Assembly: GCA_965140705.1 (NCBI GenBank)
Contig: OZ223302.1
Coordinates: forward strand, 96,001-160,000
DNA from: an uncultured Arcobacter sp.
GTDB taxonomy: Bacteria > Campylobacterota > Campylobacteria > Campylobacterales > Arcobacteraceae
Direction: 5' to 3'
Length of the DNA stretch: 64,000 nucleotides
Under the pieces are notes generated by a model. The model made no database searches. It was given only the letters and a program-made list of their open reading frames with translations, and was not told the DNA's origin. Each line of letters starts with the position of its first letter. Positions within the stretch are counted from its first letter, which is position 1. The position numbers and the translations under genes were made by a program. This document shows positions 36,460 through 47,186 of this stretch, piece after piece.

Positions 36460-37197
36460 CTATTCCTTAATCTCTTTTTCTCTTCTTTGTTCATAAATAT
36501 CTCTTAAAAATGGATATAAATCAATTGCATCTTTTTTAATATCTTGATATCGTCCAATATGAAAAGAGTTTTCATTTAAATATCGACCTGTTGCCCAATA
36601 AATAGTCTCTTCATCATTATTTGGAATTTTATATTTTAAATCATTATCTCCAAAATTATTTAAAGGAGAGACATATCCATCAGCAACCAATCCAAAAGTA
36701 TCTCTTAGATTTGAAGGCCCTAAAAAAGGTAAAACAAGTGGAAATCCAGAACCAACTCCATAAAAACCTAAAGTTTGTCCAAAATCTTCCTTATGTGCTT
36801 TCCAATGTAATTCAGTAGTCGCAGGATCCATAAAACCTAACAATCCAAAAGTACTATTTATTAAAAATCTACCTAACTCTTCTGCACTATTTGAAAACTT
36901 GAATTGTAATAAATTATTTACAAATCTAATAGGAAATAAAAGATTATCAAAAAAGTTTGAAACGCCAGTTCTAGCAACTTCTGGCACAACTTTTACATAG
37001 CCCCTTGTAACTGGATCAAATACATAAATATAAACTTTATCATTAAACGTTGTCATAACTCTATTGTATCCACTAAGGGGATCAAATACTTCTGCCTTTG
37101 GTTCACTAAATTCATTAGAAAAATCAACTGCTGTAGTATCATCAGATGCTAATGCAAAATTTAATAATAAAATTAAACTAAAAATAATCTTTTTCAA
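36460..37197 (-). CDS. mlaA: VacJ/MlaA-family protein
   Basis: DPLSGYNRVMTTFND, RFLINSTFGLLG, EDFGQTLG, LPFLGPSNLRD. Confidence 0.93.
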   Translation of the reverse strand: MKKIIFSLILLLNFALASDDTTAVDFSNEFSEPKAEVFDPLSGYNRVMTTFNDKVYIYVFDPVTRGYVKVVPEVARTGVSNFFDNLLFPIRFVNNLLQFKFSNSAEELGRFLINSTFGLLGFMDPATTELHWKAHKEDFGQTLGFYGVGSGFPLVLPFLGPSNLRDTFGLVADGYVSPLNNFGDNDLKYKIPNNDEETIYWATGRYLNENSFHIGRYQDIKKDAIDLYPFLRDIYEQRREKEIKE

Positions 37198-37305
37198 ATA
37201 CCTATCCTATTCTTTTATATTATTTTGGGATTATATTATAAATTTCATAATTACTTCATAAAGTGACATATTTAATAATTATTTTTAATGATTTAAATTG
37301 AATTT

Positions 37306-39036
37306 TCAATTTAATTTGTGATTAAATTCAGGAACAATCTCTTTTAATACTTTTATTTTATCTTCACTTATTAAAAGCTCATCAATCTTTTTATTTAATA
37401 AATTTATATCAAATAGTGTAGAACTACCAACTGTAATTGACTCATAATCTGTATTTTTATCACTATCATTTATAAGTAGTTCTTCATATAACTTTTCACC
37501 AGGTCTTAAGCCACAAAATTCAATTTGTATATTCTCCCTACCACTTAGTTCTATCATCTTTTTAGCTAAATCAACTATTTTTATAGGCTCACCCATATCA
37601 AGAATAAATATTTCTCCACCTTTTCCTATACTTGCAGCTTGTAATACGAGTTCACAGGCTTCAGGTATGAGCATAAAATATCTAGTAATATCAGGGTGAG
37701 TCACAGTAATAGGACCACCTGATTCGATTTGTGATTTAAACTTAGGAATAACACTTCCACTACTACCTAAAACATTTCCAAATCGTACAGCTACAATTTC
37801 TGTAGAATTTGATTGAACATTTTGTGCATAAAGTTCACAAATACGCTTTGTAGTTCCCATAACATTTGTAGGACGTACTGCTTTATCAGTAGAAATTAGT
37901 ACAAATTTCTCAACCTCATATTTTATAGATAAATCTATGCAATTTTTGGTCCCTATTATATTATTTGATATTCCTTCTAAGATATTATCTTCCACTAATG
38001 GTACATGCTTATACGCTGCTGCATGAATCACTATTTGAGGCTTATATTTTTTAAAAGTATTTTCTATAAAACCAAAGTTTCTAACAGTTTGCATAACAGG
38101 AATAACAATATCTGAATTTAACTCTTCAGTTATTTGGTATAGATTAAATTCACTATGATCTAGTAAAATCAATTGTTTCGCACCAAACTTTTTACATTGT
38201 CTAGATATTTCACTTCCGATACTTCCACCAGCACCTGTGATTAATACTACTTTATCTTTTATGAAGTTTTCGATTTTATCTTTATCTAAATCTTTAGGAT
38301 GACGTGCAAGTAAATCCTCTACAGAGATGTCTTTTAACTGTGTAGAGTAGTCTTTTTCTTGTAATATTTCACTCAGAGATGGAAGTATTTTAATTGTTTT
38401 AAAATATGGACTTAATTCATCATAAATAAATTTTATTCTACTTTTACTTGCACTTGGCATTGCTATTACTAAAAGTTCATATTTTTGTCTTTGAATTATT
38501 TTTTTTAACTTAGCTTTAGAAAGTATTTGTATACCATCAATACTTCTCTTTTGAAGTGTTTTAGAATCATCAACAAAATATTTTATCAAATATTGGCTAT
38601 TTCTGTACTCTTCACCTAATTTTGTTCCAGCTTTTCCAGCACCATATATAACAACTCTTTTATCTTTTACTACTTTACATTTATTTATAAAATAGTTATA
38701 AGAATACATTAAAAAGTTTATAGAAAAAAGATACAAAAAAAGTTCACTAGCAAGAAGTGCAAATCTTACAATACCATAATATATTGGTAAGTAAACAACA
38801 AATGCTGCAAGATAAACAATACTTTTAATTAAGAATGTTCGTGTAGTAGATTTACTCCAAGATAAGGAATAATCTTTATAAATCAAAAATGAAGCAATAA
38901 TTCTTATACATATAACACCTATAATAATATTTATCTGTGCCTTTTGATGAAATATAAAAAAAGTCCAATAAAATGTAATAAAACTTAAAAAGATAATTAC
39001 TAAAATATTCAAAACTCTTTTATCTAAGATAAACAT
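37306..39036 (-). CDS. pglF: UDP-GlcNAc 4,6-dehydratase (PglF/CapD family)
   Basis: N-terminal TMs, TGAGGSIGSE, HAAAYKHVP, STDKAVRPTNVMG, VRFGNVLGSSGSV. Confidence 0.92.
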   Translation of the reverse strand: MFILDKRVLNILVIIFLSFITFYWTFFIFHQKAQINIIIGVICIRIIASFLIYKDYSLSWSKSTTRTFLIKSIVYLAAFVVYLPIYYGIVRFALLASELFLYLFSINFLMYSYNYFINKCKVVKDKRVVIYGAGKAGTKLGEEYRNSQYLIKYFVDDSKTLQKRSIDGIQILSKAKLKKIIQRQKYELLVIAMPSASKSRIKFIYDELSPYFKTIKILPSLSEILQEKDYSTQLKDISVEDLLARHPKDLDKDKIENFIKDKVVLITGAGGSIGSEISRQCKKFGAKQLILLDHSEFNLYQITEELNSDIVIPVMQTVRNFGFIENTFKKYKPQIVIHAAAYKHVPLVEDNILEGISNNIIGTKNCIDLSIKYEVEKFVLISTDKAVRPTNVMGTTKRICELYAQNVQSNSTEIVAVRFGNVLGSSGSVIPKFKSQIESGGPITVTHPDITRYFMLIPEACELVLQAASIGKGGEIFILDMGEPIKIVDLAKKMIELSGRENIQIEFCGLRPGEKLYEELLINDSDKNTDYESITVGSSTLFDINLLNKKIDELLISEDKIKVLKEIVPEFNHKLN

Positions 39037-39998
39037 TATTCAAAAGCCTTTTTTTTATCTACAAAATATATACTAGCATACAAAAGAGTAAGAGATAGGA
39101 TAAATGCTATAAAAATATTTGAAACATAGTATACAATAACAAATAATAAAATATTGATAAAAATAGATGCTATTACTACTTTCCTATGACTCCATCCACT
39201 TTGAGTAAGTCTTTGATAAGCATGTTTTTTGTGTGCTTGACTTAGTTTTTCACCATTTTTCTTTCTTCTATAAAGTGTCAAAGTAGCATCAAACCAAAAA
39301 ACTCCAAATAAAATAATCCATACCCAGAAGTTTGTACTCTCTTTATTTGCATAATAAATAGTAAAAACAGCAATATTATAACCCAAAAGTGTACTTCCCA
39401 CATCACCCATAAATATCTTAGCTTTATGCCAGTTCCAAATTAAAAAACCAAATACTGCTACAGCTAAAACTAAAAAATGATTTCCACCAAACAAGGCAAA
39501 CCCAGCAAGGGCTAAAAATAAAACTTCACTTCCTGCATAACCATCAATACCATCCAAAAAGTTATAAAGATTTATAAACCAAATAATCATAAAAAAAGCA
39601 AAAACATTAGTAAAAATTTGATTATCTATTGAAAATAAGCCAAAATCAAGACTTCTAAGTCCATCTAAAACATATAAACCTAATAAAGCGACAAAAGATT
39701 GAACAATAAGTCTTAATTTTGCACTTAGTTCAAACAAATCATCAAAAAAACTAACCACAGAAATAATAATTCCAACTAAAAGTGCATAAAAAAGTGTTTG
39801 ATCAATCTGATTTGTAAAATATAAATAAATCAAACCAATAAACCAAGTTATTGCAATAGCAATACCTCCACCATGAGGGGTAGGAGTAGTATGAGAACTT
39901 CTATCATTTACATGAGCAACAAGAGATTTTTTAATAGCATAGTTCTTTATAAAAAAAGTATTTATAAATGAAAATAAAAATAATACAATATATTCCAA
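39036..39998 (-). CDS. MraY/WecA-like initiating phosphoglycosyltransferase (WbpL-like)
   Basis: RSSHTTPTPHGGG, NLYNFLDGIDG, IFMGDVGS, HAYQRL. Confidence 0.9.
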   Translation of the reverse strand: MEYIVLFLFSFINTFFIKNYAIKKSLVAHVNDRSSHTTPTPHGGGIAIAITWFIGLIYLYFTNQIDQTLFYALLVGIIISVVSFFDDLFELSAKLRLIVQSFVALLGLYVLDGLRSLDFGLFSIDNQIFTNVFAFFMIIWFINLYNFLDGIDGYAGSEVLFLALAGFALFGGNHFLVLAVAVFGFLIWNWHKAKIFMGDVGSTLLGYNIAVFTIYYANKESTNFWVWIILFGVFWFDATLTLYRRKKNGEKLSQAHKKHAYQRLTQSGWSHRKVVIASIFINILLFVIVYYVSNIFIAFILSLTLLYASIYFVDKKKAFE

Positions 39999-40090
39999 TT
40001 AATAATCCCCTTTTCTAAATAAACAGATATTTTCATCAAATATAGTAAATTCCACATCATATACAATTAAATATATTTTCATTATAATTA

Positions 40091-40906
40091 TCAGCCTCTA
40101 TATTTGTAAATTAATTTTAAAATAGTAGTTGGCAACATTTTTATTGTGAGTACAATAAAGTTATAAATATAAAATTTGTAAGAAAATCCTAAATTATTTA
40201 CAATTTTATTTCTAAGTTTATATGTATCTAACAAATGCTTCAAATTCTTTCTTCTTGTTAATAATTCTATAGACAGTCTCACTCTTACTAAAGGTTCATT
40301 GATAGATGAAAACTTACATCCAGAAAGAAATCCGTTAAGCCATAACCATTGATCTTCATTTTTATTTGATTTAATATTATACATACCAGCCTTTTCAAAA
40401 AAACTTCTTCTGAAAAATGCTGTAACATGAGCTATAGCCGTTCGCCTTGAAAAACCATACTTAATATCACTATGAGTTACTGGGTATTGAACAAGCTTTT
40501 CCGTTCCTTCATCATAAAACTCTATAATATCGCTTCCACAAACATCAATATCTTGATGATTTTCCATAAATAAAAATTGCTTTTCTATTCTATCACTTCT
40601 ACAAATATCATCAGCATCCATTCTAACAAAATAATCATAATTTTTTTCAAAACCATTTTCAATTAACTCATTTAGTGAATATGCCAGCCCTTTATTTTTT
40701 TCTCTTTTTTTTAATACTGTTATCCTATTATTTAAGTACTCATACTCTAAATAGTCTTCGAGTTCATTTGGTAACTTACCATCACATTGAATATATATAT
40801 CAAAATCTTTGAAACTTTGACTATACAAACTTTCTAAAGATTCTTGTAAATATTCTAATTTATCATTTTTATATACTGACATTATTATTACAGTTTGAAT
40901 TTCCAT
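40091..40906 (-). CDS. Glycosyltransferase family 2
   Basis: MSVYKND, GLAYSLN, RMDADD. Confidence 0.9.
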   Translation of the reverse strand: MEIQTVIIMSVYKNDKLEYLQESLESLYSQSFKDFDIYIQCDGKLPNELEDYLEYEYLNNRITVLKKREKNKGLAYSLNELIENGFEKNYDYFVRMDADDICRSDRIEKQFLFMENHQDIDVCGSDIIEFYDEGTEKLVQYPVTHSDIKYGFSRRTAIAHVTAFFRRSFFEKAGMYNIKSNKNEDQWLWLNGFLSGCKFSSINEPLVRVRLSIELLTRRKNLKHLLDTYKLRNKIVNNLGFSYKFYIYNFIVLTIKMLPTTILKLIYKYRG

Positions 40907-40984
40907 ATACTTATATCCTTGTTATCTTATATAATAGTAAATTATAATCTCACTTTTAAAACTTTATACAATATACTAAACTTT

Positions 40985-42184
40985 TTAGTTAATTTTATTG
41001 ATTTTGGATTGTTCTATTTCATTGACCAATACACCAATTGAAATAAAAAAAATCATAGAAGATGGATACTTCAAAACAACTTGATAATGTGACATAGATA
41101 TGAAAAACATTATATACATAATTGAAAATTGAGAATACATTCTCTTAAATTTTAAGATTAAATAAACCAGTAAACTTAAAAAAACTATCATACTAAATAA
41201 TCCATATCTAAAAACTGCATTAAATAAATCAATTTCACTTAGTCCAAATATATTATAGTAACTGTTTTCTTGACCAGAACCAATAAATGAATATATTCCA
41301 TTTTCAAACAAACCACAAAATACTTTATTTAATGGGTCAATAATCATTGCATAAACATACCAATTTAACAATTCCTTAGTAAAAAAGAAATTTATAAAAG
41401 AAATAATACATACTGCAATACTAAAAAAAAAGATTAGTAAAAACATCACTTTCTGTTTAGTTAACTTAGTTTTTGTATACAAAGTTGTTCTTAAAGCAAG
41501 ATATATTAAAAACATCAAATAAGCAGTTTTTGAACCACTCAAAAAAATTGCTATCAACATAATAAATAATGTAATTTGAAAACTATATTTACTTAAAAAC
41601 TGTTTTGAATCATATAAAAAAGCGAAAATTACTACCAATAATGCCCCTGCAGCAGACGTATCAAACATTGGACCCCATGGTTTATTCGCCTGTCCAATAA
41701 AAGGATAATTTACATTTGGTGGATAAATATTTTGAGAACCAATACTTTCCAGGTAAGCTGATACTATCTCTTTAAGTTCTGGCACAAAATAATATAATAA
41801 AAATTCTATAATTATGTATAGAGAGTAAAATAAAGCAAAAGTCAATATATGTTTAGTAAAAATAGAAATATTATACTTTGTAATGCGTATGAAATAATAA
41901 ATAATAATAGGAACAACAACATACAAAATTAAAATTAATTGTACAGATAAACTACCTCGCATTGAATTTATAAATAAATTAATTAAAATAAAAATAAAAA
42001 ATAAAAATATCATAAAATCTATTTTATTTATTTTTAATGATTTACTTTTACAAGAATATATTTTTATCATCATTCCAATTAAAATTGGTGTTAAATTAAT
42101 AATATATATGATATCACCAAAAAATATCTTGCTTATTCTAACAAATATACTCAATATTAATGTTAAATTTATTAGATATTTCAT
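40985..42184 (-). CDS. wzy: Putative O-antigen polymerase (Wzy)
   Basis: About 11 TM helices, LSGSKT motif, located between glycosyltransferases in a locus that has wzx. Confidence 0.7.
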   Translation of the reverse strand: MKYLINLTLILSIFVRISKIFFGDIIYIINLTPILIGMMIKIYSCKSKSLKINKIDFMIFLFFIFILINLFINSMRGSLSVQLILILYVVVPIIIYYFIRITKYNISIFTKHILTFALFYSLYIIIEFLLYYFVPELKEIVSAYLESIGSQNIYPPNVNYPFIGQANKPWGPMFDTSAAGALLVVIFAFLYDSKQFLSKYSFQITLFIMLIAIFLSGSKTAYLMFLIYLALRTTLYTKTKLTKQKVMFLLIFFFSIAVCIISFINFFFTKELLNWYVYAMIIDPLNKVFCGLFENGIYSFIGSGQENSYYNIFGLSEIDLFNAVFRYGLFSMIVFLSLLVYLILKFKRMYSQFSIMYIMFFISMSHYQVVLKYPSSMIFFISIGVLVNEIEQSKINKIN

Positions 42185-42975
42185 TTTATATTTTTCAGAA
42201 TAATTTTTAATATATTTATAAATATATTAAAGATATAGCGAACTAGAGATATTTTTTCTTCATTCAACAATATAGAGTACAGATAAAAAGCTTTTCGGTA
42301 AGTTTTATCTGTTCCTCTATCTGATATAGAATTTATATCTACTCTATAATTTATCAAATTTTCATTTATAAGATACTCTTTTCTACCATAATATTTATTA
42401 TCTATCCAAAATGCCCAATCTTCCAATGCTATTAAGAATTTATTTTCTCGAAATTTTATATCAGAGTTATTTCGCATTAAAACAGTGTTAATATTTATAT
42501 AATTAGAAATGTATAAAATATTGATTGGTTGCATTACATACTTAAGCTTATTCAATGTTTTTTGATTATTAAATTGACCTGTTTGATTGCTTTGAGTATC
42601 TATTGTATAGGCAAATGAATGTACTATATCAATGTCACTATTATCTTCCAATATTTTAATCTGTTTCTCCAATTTTAACGAAAGCCAAACATCATCAGCA
42701 TCTAAAAAAGCAATATATTTACCTTTTGCATTTTCTATACCTACATTTCTAGGTCTTGCAGGTCCTCCACTATTGTATTTCAATAAAATAACTTTTATTC
42801 TTTCATCTTTAATACTTTTAACTATTTCAATACTATTATCAGTTGATTTATTATCTACGATAATCATTTCCCAGTTTTTATATGTTTGAGATAGAACACT
42901 TTGAATGGTTTCTAAAATATACTTTTGTGCATTATACATTGGTGTTATAACTGAAATAAGAGGTTCTTTACTCAT
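42181..42975 (-). CDS. Glycosyltransferase family 2
   Basis: ISVITPMYN, VDNKSTD, IAFLDADD. Confidence 0.92.
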   Translation of the reverse strand: MSKEPLISVITPMYNAQKYILETIQSVLSQTYKNWEMIIVDNKSTDNSIEIVKSIKDERIKVILLKYNSGGPARPRNVGIENAKGKYIAFLDADDVWLSLKLEKQIKILEDNSDIDIVHSFAYTIDTQSNQTGQFNNQKTLNKLKYVMQPINILYISNYININTVLMRNNSDIKFRENKFLIALEDWAFWIDNKYYGRKEYLINENLINYRVDINSISDRGTDKTYRKAFYLYSILLNEEKISLVRYIFNIFINILKIILKNIK

Positions 42976-43906
42976 TTACTTTCTCCAGTAAATCAAAAAT
43001 TCTATTAACTTCTTCACTCATTTTATCTATTACTTCAAAATTTATTATTGATTTTAATTTATAATTTTTTACCGATATATCATCATAAGTCATTTTATCA
43101 TCATTGTTTATTTGAATTTCAATATTTTTATTATATTTCTTTTTATACTCTTTTTTCACAATATTCGCTAGTTCTAAAACTTCATAAGTTTTATTTGATG
43201 ACAAGTTATATATAGTATTTGTAGCTTCTCTATCAAGTAGTTTTTCAACAATATTTGTAACATCCCCCATATAAATAAAATCTCTTTTTGCTTTTCCATT
43301 ACTTTTAAGTAAAATCTTTTTCTTCTCATATGCCGATTTAACTAAATCATTCAATACTAGATACCATTTGTTACTATCAATAAAAGTTGGCATTCCATAA
43401 CTGTTAGTTAATCTAAGAATTGTATATTGCAAGTTATGTGTAAATCCAAATTGTTTAATATAATATTCTGCAAAGAGATGTGTACTTCCATAGTCATTTT
43501 TAGGTTCTAAAGGACTCTCTTCTGTTATTTCACCACTTCTTGTACCATATACATGAAAAGTACTAAAGTAGATAAAGTTCTTAAGGTACTTTTTGCTTAA
43601 TACTTCAAGTAAATTTCTAGTACCAAGGGTATTGATTTCTAGTGCTTTTTTTGGATAATCATCCAAAAAAAATTCATTAAAACTCGCAGTATGAACACAA
43701 AAATCTATATTAAAGTTAAGTTTGATTTCTAATTTCTTAATATTTGTAATATCTACTTCAATAATTTTATAGTCAATATCTTGAATTTTATTTTTTTCTT
43801 TTCTTGTTAAAACATAAACTTCATAGCCATTACGTGCTAAATATGTACTAACCCAGCTACCTAAATTGCCAAGGCCACCTGTAACTAGGACTTTTTTACC
43901 AAGCAT
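42968..43906 (-). CDS. NAD-dependent epimerase/reductase (extended SDR), probable CDP-sugar 4-reductase
   Basis: TGGLGNLG, YGSTH variant of the catalytic motif, downstream of rfbFG and a cupin epimerase. Confidence 0.8.
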   Translation of the reverse strand: MLGKKVLVTGGLGNLGSWVSTYLARNGYEVYVLTRKEKNKIQDIDYKIIEVDITNIKKLEIKLNFNIDFCVHTASFNEFFLDDYPKKALEINTLGTRNLLEVLSKKYLKNFIYFSTFHVYGTRSGEITEESPLEPKNDYGSTHLFAEYYIKQFGFTHNLQYTILRLTNSYGMPTFIDSNKWYLVLNDLVKSAYEKKKILLKSNGKAKRDFIYMGDVTNIVEKLLDREATNTIYNLSSNKTYEVLELANIVKKEYKKKYNKNIEIQINNDDKMTYDDISVKNYKLKSIINFEVIDKMSEEVNRIFDLLEKVNE

Positions 43907-44303
43907 ACTGAATTTCACTAATATTAATATTAAGAGTTTCATTTGGATTGTGTTCTATACTTGCTAAGTTTAGAAGCATATTATATTCTTCCAACCCTCT
44001 AAATGCCACCCATAAATTTGGTTTAATTGTTACTCTTTGATAATTATGTTGTGAAATTTTTACACTAAAAAATTCTTGTATATTCTCATTATAGATTACA
44101 AACTCCACTTCACCGATTGGGACTACCAAATTTAAAGTCATTTTAGTATGTTTTTTCCAACCCTTGATATCATCTTTATTGACAGTTGAGAAATAAGCCT
44201 CTCCAAAACCATCAAACCCCTCATCACTTTTTTTCATCGCATGAAATACATCACCTTTTGGATGGTGGATTTGTTTTAAAGGAGTTAGAATTATTCCATC
44301 CAT
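43896..44303 (-). CDS. Small RmlC-like cupin NDP-4-keto-6-deoxyglucose epimerase
   Basis: FGEAYFSTV..IKGWKKHTKMTLNLVVPIG. Confidence 0.8.
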   Translation of the reverse strand: MDGIILTPLKQIHHPKGDVFHAMKKSDEGFDGFGEAYFSTVNKDDIKGWKKHTKMTLNLVVPIGEVEFVIYNENIQEFFSVKISQHNYQRVTIKPNLWVAFRGLEEYNMLLNLASIEHNPNETLNINISEIQYAW

Positions 44304-45391
44304 ATCAAACCTTTATCTCTTGCCATATTTTCATATTCTGAGATTTGCGCTATTGTTTTTTCAAATATATTTGTATCAGATTTATAAAAATCATAATACC
44401 ATTCACTTGTAAACCTAATTGTATCTTTATACTCTAAGTTTGCTTGCCATTTCAGATAAAAAAGAGCCTTATCACAATTTAATTTTAATAACCCTGCTTC
44501 ATGGAAAGGAATATTGTCAGTAACTGTAAATGCATCGGCTACGCTTGTAAAGTGCCAATATTTACTTAAGTCTTCAATCAATTGCTTCACTGTGTGGTTT
44601 TGTTCCGCTCTTGGTCCAAAATTAAAAGCTTCTCCATGTAAATTCTTATTTTCATATAAAACCTGTCCTAAGTTTAAATAGCCACTCAATGGTTCAAGCA
44701 CATGTTGCCAAGGTCTTGTAGCCTCTGGACTTCTTATCTCAACAGATTTATCTTGACTCCATGCCTCCATACAATCTACTACAATTCTATCTTTTGCCCA
44801 ATCACCACCTCCTATTACATTTCCAGCTCTTCCAATGGCTAGTTTAATATTACAATCAGTTTTTTTAAAAAATGAATGGTAATATGATTTTATTATGAGT
44901 TCAGCAGAACCCTTGCTTCCGCTATAAATATCTTTGCCACCCATCTTATCATCTTCTTTATATCCCCATACTTGTTCTACATTATCATAAGCTTTATCAC
45001 TTGTAATAATTATCGATGTACATTTATGATTTGAAGTTTTTAGTGCCTCTAATATATTTGCTGTGCCCATTACATTGGATGATATTGTCTCTATCGGATC
45101 ACTATATGAAGTAGATACAATAGGCTGAGCAGCTAGATGAAATAAAAAGTCTGGCTTTTCATCAGATATGATTTGAGCCATTTTAGATAAATCTCTTATA
45201 TCTTCTTGATAATATTTGATTTTAGCTTCTAACTTCAGCTCTTCAAACATAGATGGTTTTGTAGGAATATCTTTGGAAATACCAACAACATCTGCTCCTA
45301 GCTTGAGAAGCCATGCCGTAAGCCACGTCCCTTTAAAGCCAGTATTACCAGTAACTAAAACTTTTTTATTTTTATATATGTTATTAAACAT
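44291..45391 (-). CDS. rfbG: CDP-glucose 4,6-dehydratase
   Basis: TGNTGFKGTWL, HLAAQP, RAGNVIGGGDW, RPWQHVLEPLSGY. Confidence 0.95.
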   Translation of the reverse strand: MFNNIYKNKKVLVTGNTGFKGTWLTAWLLKLGADVVGISKDIPTKPSMFEELKLEAKIKYYQEDIRDLSKMAQIISDEKPDFLFHLAAQPIVSTSYSDPIETISSNVMGTANILEALKTSNHKCTSIIITSDKAYDNVEQVWGYKEDDKMGGKDIYSGSKGSAELIIKSYYHSFFKKTDCNIKLAIGRAGNVIGGGDWAKDRIVVDCMEAWSQDKSVEIRSPEATRPWQHVLEPLSGYLNLGQVLYENKNLHGEAFNFGPRAEQNHTVKQLIEDLSKYWHFTSVADAFTVTDNIPFHEAGLLKLNCDKALFYLKWQANLEYKDTIRFTSEWYYDFYKSDTNIFEKTIAQISEYENMARDKGLIWME

Positions 45392-46164
45392 TACCATACC
45401 TTCCATGGGGCTTTTTTTGATTCCCAAAGTTTATTTAAATCATTTTTATCTTTTAAACTATCCATAGGTTTCCAAAAACCATCATGTTTATATGTAAAAA
45501 TTTCTCCATCTTTTGCAAGATTTTGGAGTGGTTCTTGTTCAAATACTACACTCTCTTCATCTTTTATATAATCGAACACCTTTGGTTCACATACAAAAAA
45601 TCCTGCATTAATCCAACCACCATCACCTTTTGGTTTTTCAAGAAAATGTGTAACATTCCCATTATCTTCAATATTCAAAGCTCCAAATCTCCCATCAGGC
45701 TGTGCAGATGTCATCGTCATTGCCTTACCATGTGATTTGTGAAATTTTATTAATTCATCTATATTGATATCACTTACACCATCGCCATAAGTCAACATAA
45801 AAGGTTCATCTCCTATAAAACTTTGAGCTTTTTTTATTCTTCCACCTGTCATAGTATTTAGCCCAGTATCTAGAAGTGTAACTTTCCAAGGTTCACTTGA
45901 GTTATTAAGCACTTCCATTTTTCCATTTGACATATCTATAGTTACATCACTTTGATGTAAAAAATAATTTGCAAAGTATTCTTTAATATAGTAACCTTTA
46001 TAACCAAGAAGTATAATAAAATCATTAAACCCATATTGTGAATATATCTTCATTATATGCCATAAAATTGGTTTACCACCTATTTCTACCATAGGCTTAG
46101 GTCTTATATCTGTTTCTTCGCTTAATCTTGTACCAAATCCACCAGCTAAAAGTAATACTTTCAT
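45391..46164 (-). CDS. rfbF: Glucose-1-phosphate cytidylyltransferase
   Basis: LAGGFGTRLSEET..PKPMVEIGGKPILWHIMK, TYGDG. Confidence 0.96.
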   Translation of the reverse strand: MKVLLLAGGFGTRLSEETDIRPKPMVEIGGKPILWHIMKIYSQYGFNDFIILLGYKGYYIKEYFANYFLHQSDVTIDMSNGKMEVLNNSSEPWKVTLLDTGLNTMTGGRIKKAQSFIGDEPFMLTYGDGVSDINIDELIKFHKSHGKAMTMTSAQPDGRFGALNIEDNGNVTHFLEKPKGDGGWINAGFFVCEPKVFDYIKDEESVVFEQEPLQNLAKDGEIFTYKHDGFWKPMDSLKDKNDLNKLWESKKAPWKVW

Positions 46165-47186
46165 TATTTAACTCCACTATATTTATTTAAATACCATTCA
46201 ATAGTCTTAAAAATACCACTATCAAAGTTTTCATCAGCTTCCCAACCAAGTTCAGTTTTTAACTTTGTTGCATCAATAGCATATCTTCTATCATGTCCTG
46301 CTCTATCTTCCACAAAAGTAATTAACTCTTTATAACTTTTTTGTATTGGAACTTTTATATCTAATATTTCACAAATTGTATTAACTATTTGTAAATTGGT
46401 ACGTTCATTTCCTCCACCAATATTATACGTGTTTGCAGTTTTACCATTATGGTAAACCAAATCAATACCTTTACAATGATCTAATACATATAACCAATCC
46501 CTTATATTTTTTCCATCTCCATAAATTGGAATTGGATTTCCTTCTAAGGCATTTCTAATAATTGTAGGTATAAGTTTTTCATCATGTTGTTTAGGTCCAT
46601 AGTTATTTGAACAGTTTGTGATTACTGTATTCATCCCATACGTTTCATTATATGCTCTTACAATCATATCACTTGAAGCTTTAGAAGCAGAATATGGAGA
46701 ATTTGGGGCATAAGGTGTAGTTTCAGTAAACAATCCTATTTCACCTAATGTTCCATATACTTCATCAGTTGAAATATGATGAAATCTACAATTTTGATAT
46801 TTTTCTTTATATGTAAATGGTTTATCCATCCAATATTTATAAGCAACATCAATTAGAGTAAATGTTCCATTAACATTTGTCTGAACAAATACACCTGGGT
46901 TTTTAATAGAATTATCTACATGAGATTCTGCTGCGAAGTGTATTACACCTTGTATATTATATTCATTGAAAATAAATTCTACTAATTCTCTGTTACAGAT
47001 GTCGCCTTTGATAAATTTATATTTTGGGTTATTTTTACATTCAGTAAGGTTTTCTAAGTTACCAGCATAAGTTAAAAGATCTAAATTTACTATATTATAA
47101 TTTAAATATTTATCTAAAAAATATGGTACAAAATTACTACCTATAAATCCTGCTGCTCCAGTTAATAGTATATTTTTATTTCCCAT
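46164..47186 (-). CDS. rmlB: dTDP-glucose 4,6-dehydratase
   Basis: TGAAGFIGSN, AAESHVD, STDEVYG, YSASK, DRAGHDRRY. Confidence 0.96.
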   Translation of the reverse strand: MGNKNILLTGAAGFIGSNFVPYFLDKYLNYNIVNLDLLTYAGNLENLTECKNNPKYKFIKGDICNRELVEFIFNEYNIQGVIHFAAESHVDNSIKNPGVFVQTNVNGTFTLIDVAYKYWMDKPFTYKEKYQNCRFHHISTDEVYGTLGEIGLFTETTPYAPNSPYSASKASSDMIVRAYNETYGMNTVITNCSNNYGPKQHDEKLIPTIIRNALEGNPIPIYGDGKNIRDWLYVLDHCKGIDLVYHNGKTANTYNIGGGNERTNLQIVNTICEILDIKVPIQKSYKELITFVEDRAGHDRRYAIDATKLKTELGWEADENFDSGIFKTIEWYLNKYSGVK

